Shown here: piece by piece, positions 18,140 through 19,609 of the stretch
Position numbering within the stretch: the stretch's first letter is position 1
Layout: each line of letters opens with the position of its first letter
Source of the DNA: Chitinivibrionales bacterium
GTDB taxonomy: Bacteria; Fibrobacterota; Chitinivibrionia; Chitinivibrionales; WJKA01
Reading direction: 5' to 3'
Assembly (NCBI GenBank): GCA_038247415.1
Contig: JBBRUX010000060.1
Location: forward strand, 1-19,609
Length of the DNA stretch: 19,609 nucleotides
Made by a program: the position numbers and the translations under genes
Notes under the pieces: model-generated
Told to the model about the DNA's origin: nothing
Seen by the model: only the letters and a program-made list of their open reading frames with translations
The model's database searches: none

Positions 18140-19491
18140 GAGGGATGCGATACCTAGGGTTTTTTGTTGCATTGCTGTGGATGATGTGTTCAAAGCAGGG
18201 AGAACAAAATCCGCTTGCCGGGGGCAATGGGTCGGACGTAGAAGCTAAAATTGTTGGGCAGGTCGTTTATCCTTCTGGCAAGGGATTAAATCATGGGGTG
18301 GTTATTGTACGCCCCGAGACCTATCGTGCTCGCACGAGTACGAATGGTTTGCAATCGGTAACTAAACAAGATGCCGATACCATTATTGATAGCCTCGGTG
18401 TATTTACAATAGGCATAAGTCAACCAGGTCGGTATAGTATAGAGATACATGATACTAAGGAATCTGGAGTGATAGTCACGTGCAGTATTGGATCGCTTGA
18501 CGATAGTGTAAACCTCAATCGCCTCATTGCCCAATCCTTTGGAACTCTGGAAGGTACTCTTGCAACAGGTGCCGACACCTTAGCTCTTGTGCAAATTGTG
18601 GGAACCGAGCATGCTGTGTACCCCGATACAAATGGTCATTTTACCATACGTTTGCCCGCTGGGAAATGTGCTGTTGTGGGCATGCACCAGGCTGATTCTC
18701 TTGAGTTGTTTGCGCTCCATGATATCCCTGTGGAAGCACAGAGCACAACCTCGCTTGGTTCTATAAATGTTCTCAGCGGTTGCCAAACCTATTCATGCGA
18801 TTCGCTTGCAGTTCGTGACATTCTTGATGCGAATGGGCTGAATGCTTTGGCGGTGGCACAAGTAACACTGCGCAATGCGAGTACTGGTCGAATAAGGTCC
18901 CTTGTGCTTGATAGTCTTGATTTGACTATTATTACACCGTCAATTGGTAATCTTACCGCGTTAGATTTTTTGAGCATTGGGAAAAACCTCGAACTTAGTG
19001 AGCTGCCCTGCGAACTAGGAAATTGTAAATCTCTTAAAGAATTATATATTTCATCAAATTCTTTATCATATCTGCCGGAATCAATAGGATTTCTTCCTTT
19101 GCTTACGGTACTTGATGCTTCTGATAATGCAATTATAGAATTACCAACTTCCATTGGCAGTTTGTGTAGCCTCGAGAAATTGATCCTCACAGATAATGAA
19201 ATTAATTATCTCCCCAATGAAATCGGTGCGTTGCGCAGCCTTGGTGCGCTGAATGTTTCGATAAATGCGTTAAAAGAATTACCTCAAAGTATGGGCAATC
19301 TCAGAAAGCTTGAGCAGCTTGTCATTAATGGAAATAGTCTGTATGCTTTGCCGCTGGAGCTTATTGCACTTCCGCTTGTAGAGATTAATGTGATTGACAA
19401 TAAGTTGTGTGCTCTTGATGCCGAATTGGAAGCGTGGCTGAATAGGTTTGATGATGCATGGGGTACGTTTCAGGAGTGCGGGGTGCGGTAG
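18136..19491 (+). CDS. Lipoprotein with carboxypeptidase-regulatory-like beta-sandwich domains and C-terminal leucine-rich repeats
   Basis: Signal peptide ending at Cys18, AGGNGSDVEAKIVGQV linker, two repeats of a 'D..G.FTI...PG.Y/GK' pattern, then about 8 23-aa LRRs (LxxLxLxxNxLxxLPxxIGx). ATGA overlap with the upstream gene. Confidence 0.88.
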   Translation: MRGMRYLGFFVALLWMMCSKQGEQNPLAGGNGSDVEAKIVGQVVYPSGKGLNHGVVIVRPETYRARTSTNGLQSVTKQDADTIIDSLGVFTIGISQPGRYSIEIHDTKESGVIVTCSIGSLDDSVNLNRLIAQSFGTLEGTLATGADTLALVQIVGTEHAVYPDTNGHFTIRLPAGKCAVVGMHQADSLELFALHDIPVEAQSTTSLGSINVLSGCQTYSCDSLAVRDILDANGLNALAVAQVTLRNASTGRIRSLVLDSLDLTIITPSIGNLTALDFLSIGKNLELSELPCELGNCKSLKELYISSNSLSYLPESIGFLPLLTVLDASDNAIIELPTSIGSLCSLEKLILTDNEINYLPNEIGALRSLGALNVSINALKELPQSMGNLRKLEQLVINGNSLYALPLELIALPLVEINVIDNKLCALDAELEAWLNRFDDAWGTFQECGVR

Positions 19492-19526
19492 AGATTAGGG
19501 GGGGGGAGTTGGGGGGCTTAGCGCAA

Positions 19527-19609
19527 AGCCCAAAAACCCACCCCCAGAAGCACACCCCCAAAACCACACCCCCAAAAACCCACCCCCCAAACCAGACGCC
19601 CAAAAGCCA
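19527..19609. repeat. Degenerate 14-nt tandem repeat (about 6 copies, consensus CCCCCAAAAMCMCA) running to window end
   Basis: Units AGCCCAAAAACCCA, CCCCCAGAAGCACA, CCCCCAAAACCACA, CCCCCAAAAACCCA, CCCCCCAAACCAGA, CGCCCAAAAGCCA; no T from 19520 to 19609; preceded by G9 and G6 runs. Confidence 0.7.

Noticed and set aside
19385..19603. 72-aa Gly/Val/Trp-rich minus-strand ORF, or a CRISPR reading of the terminal repeat
   Set aside because: The ORF is a translation of the low-complexity repeat and overlaps the LRR gene antisense; the repeat has no unique spacers and no cas genes are present.

Overview
This is a largely housekeeping bacterial chromosome segment. It most likely comes from Fibrobacterota (Chitinivibrionia/Chitinispirillum-like), inferred from a TIGR02147-family gene paired with an 'AGGxGS' lipoprotein, a PorZ-like T9SS protein and an FCB-type 16S 3' end. 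The window opens inside an rRNA operon (16S 3' end, tRNA-Ile, tRNA-Ala, 23S, 5S, terminator). A minus-strand block follows, read right to left: degenerate GGDEF protein, STAS anti-anti-sigma factor, BamE/SmpA-like lipoprotein, tRNA-Ala(CGC), PorZ-like beta-propeller with T9SS CTD, and a DegT-family aminotransferase. Next come a CxxC protein, a cyclophilin-FKBP fusion PPIase, pdxA, an orphan response regulator and a small hypothetical gene. An aroD-engB-mlaE-mlaF-mlaD operon and a TIGR02147 gene coupled to an LRR lipoprotein follow, and the window ends in a T-less 14-nt tandem repeat. No mobile element, CRISPR array or defence system is visible. The best leads are the porZ-DegT coupling, the degenerate GGDEF with intact I-site next to a STAS protein, and the TIGR02147/LRR-lipoprotein module. 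All family calls come from motif recognition, not database searches.
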